Source of the DNA: Callorhinchus milii
Lineage: Eukaryota
Reading direction: 5' to 3'
Length of the DNA: 64,000 nucleotides
NCBI RefSeq assembly: GCF_018977255.1
Contig: NW_024704767.1
Location: 7,068,001-7,132,000 of the forward strand
A program made the translations under genes and the position numbers. Shown piece by piece: positions 62,230 through 64,000 of this stretch. How positions within the stretch are numbered: the stretch's first letter is position 1; the number at the start of each line of letters is the position of its first letter. The notes beneath the pieces were generated by a model, which saw nothing but the letters and a program-made list of their open reading frames with translations, did no database searches and was not told where the DNA came from.

Positions 62230-64000
62230 TCTCCTCTATGTGTTTGTGTATATGTCTCTTTGTATTTTGAATAAAGTGAAAAAATGCAGCAAAATGTACC
62301 TCAATAGCACCAATCAACCCCCATCCCCACCCACCCCACAATTCTCTGCAAAATTTGCCCAATCTCCCCGCAATTTCACACAGAATTGCAAATTTCTTCA
62401 CAATTTTTGGCAAATATTTTTGCACGTTTCTATTGGCCCAGCCTATCAGCCAGAATACATAGGGGGGAAAATCAATAAAGCTGCTAATCTGCTGCCCTTC
62501 ACATTGTGTTCGTCTTCATCATCTCTCCTCAATGATCCGTTAAGTTTTGCTTTGAAAAGATATTGTTTTCTGCATGATTTCCATACAACAGACTGGTGCT
62601 CTCAAATGTACTGTATGGTGTCTAAAAATTCCCAATTGTCAGCTGAAATTGATGCTTTACTTAAGGTTTTATGTTTTAATAATTGAGTATCCATTTTTAG
62701 CAACTCATGTCTCCACAGATTGTTTCCAGAGTGAGGTTGGCATTGCTGCTTTTTCCTATTCGAATCCCTCAAGGAAGTACACTAGGTTAAGTACCTCAAA
62801 AGCTACTTTCAGTTTGAGAAAGCTGGGTCATGTGTGAGTCTGCTCCATCATGCTTTGCACTCACTGTGAAGCAATAAAAATCCTTTACAAATTGGTGTGC
62901 AATTTGTTTATCAGAAAGCAGATTTTAGAAGCGTGAAATGGACACTTTCCTCTGCAGATACAATGTAGAATACATTAGTAATTAAACAATACCATGCAAG
63001 ATAAAGGCAAAAAACATTTTAATGATATATTTAATAAAACACTAACCAATTGGTATTAGTATCTGGCATGCCTAAGTTCAACTTGTGGGAAATGCAATTG
63101 CATTATCATTTACAAAAAAATGGAGTCATCCATGCTTGTAAAGCAGCAAATGAGTCATTTAGAATCATGGAATCAAAACATGTCACAGCACAGAATTTGG
63201 CCCATCACATCTACACTGATGTTCCTTTTTCATGAGTCACCTTCTCTAATCCAACTCTCCTGCTCACTGACAATAGCCTTTATTCTTGAGCTCAACAACT
63301 TTTCACAAAATCTTTGCTAGAAATCAAGTCCAATAGGATATACACAGAGGGAAGAGAGGGAATGCTTTTAATTGGATCAATGGATGTGAATTAAACAAGC
63401 TGCCTGTCTTTGTCGGATAAGATACAGACAGCTGGTGATCTACATGATCCCAAAGCTTGTATAATACACATCGGCTGTTCTAAATAGGGTTAATTATTGT
63501 TTGTTGAGGAAGAGAGCTGAGATTGCAATGAGATTTTCAAACTGTGATTGACATTGTTGCATTCCATGTTTCGAACGAGGGATGAATATTTCTCAATACC
63601 TTAATAATGTAGAATTCAGATTGATCTGGTGAATAATATCTTATATTGTGGTTGAATACCTTACTGGCATAACCAAAGCATATTTTTGTTCGACAGTCAA
63701 CATTGAATACGATTAGTTCTGCAATTTACATTATATTATTTAAATTGCAGAGTGAAACAACTAACTATTTTTACAGTTTACTTTGTTTGACAGTTTCTCT
63801 TTTTTAGGGTGTTTGTCTCCATCCCTGGGCCTCCCAACACCAGACACCTCCTGAGGTCTGCCAGTGTTGGTCTATAAAGTGCTGCCGGGTGGTGTACAAG
63901 GGTGGTCCAGAGTGGACGCTTTGCATTTAGTTTCTGATGGACTTTGGTTCAATCTCTGGTAATTTACCCAAGTTACTCCTGTATTATTCATGTGTGAGTC

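Overview
Eukaryotic (vertebrate) genomic DNA, AT-rich, with CpG-island promoters and many tRNA-Ala-derived SINE and LINE2 fragments. The repeat style suggests a cartilaginous fish such as a chimaera (inference). Almost all long ORFs in the supplied track are spurious. By splicing by hand I reconstructed six genes: CIB2 (- strand, first two coding exons only), a 9-exon LRRC61 (+), IDH3A (+, 11 exons), an unnamed 5-exon GAREM-like CABIT...SAM gene (+), DNAJA4 (+, 7 coding exons) and WDR61/SKIC8 (-, 10 coding exons). This is the CIB2-IDH3A-DNAJA4-WDR61 block known from human 15q25, with two differences. LRRC61 sits here as an intron-rich gene. The slot occupied by ACSBG1 in human holds a compact ~400-codon GAREM/THEMIS-family adaptor gene with three clustered YxxL motifs (one pair ITAM-spaced), a GC-AG intron and a single TAA at codon 28, where GAREM has the Q of LPQI. 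That gene is the most interesting object in the window. Also present are two long inverted repeats, a G-rich minisatellite, and heat-shock and RFX elements.
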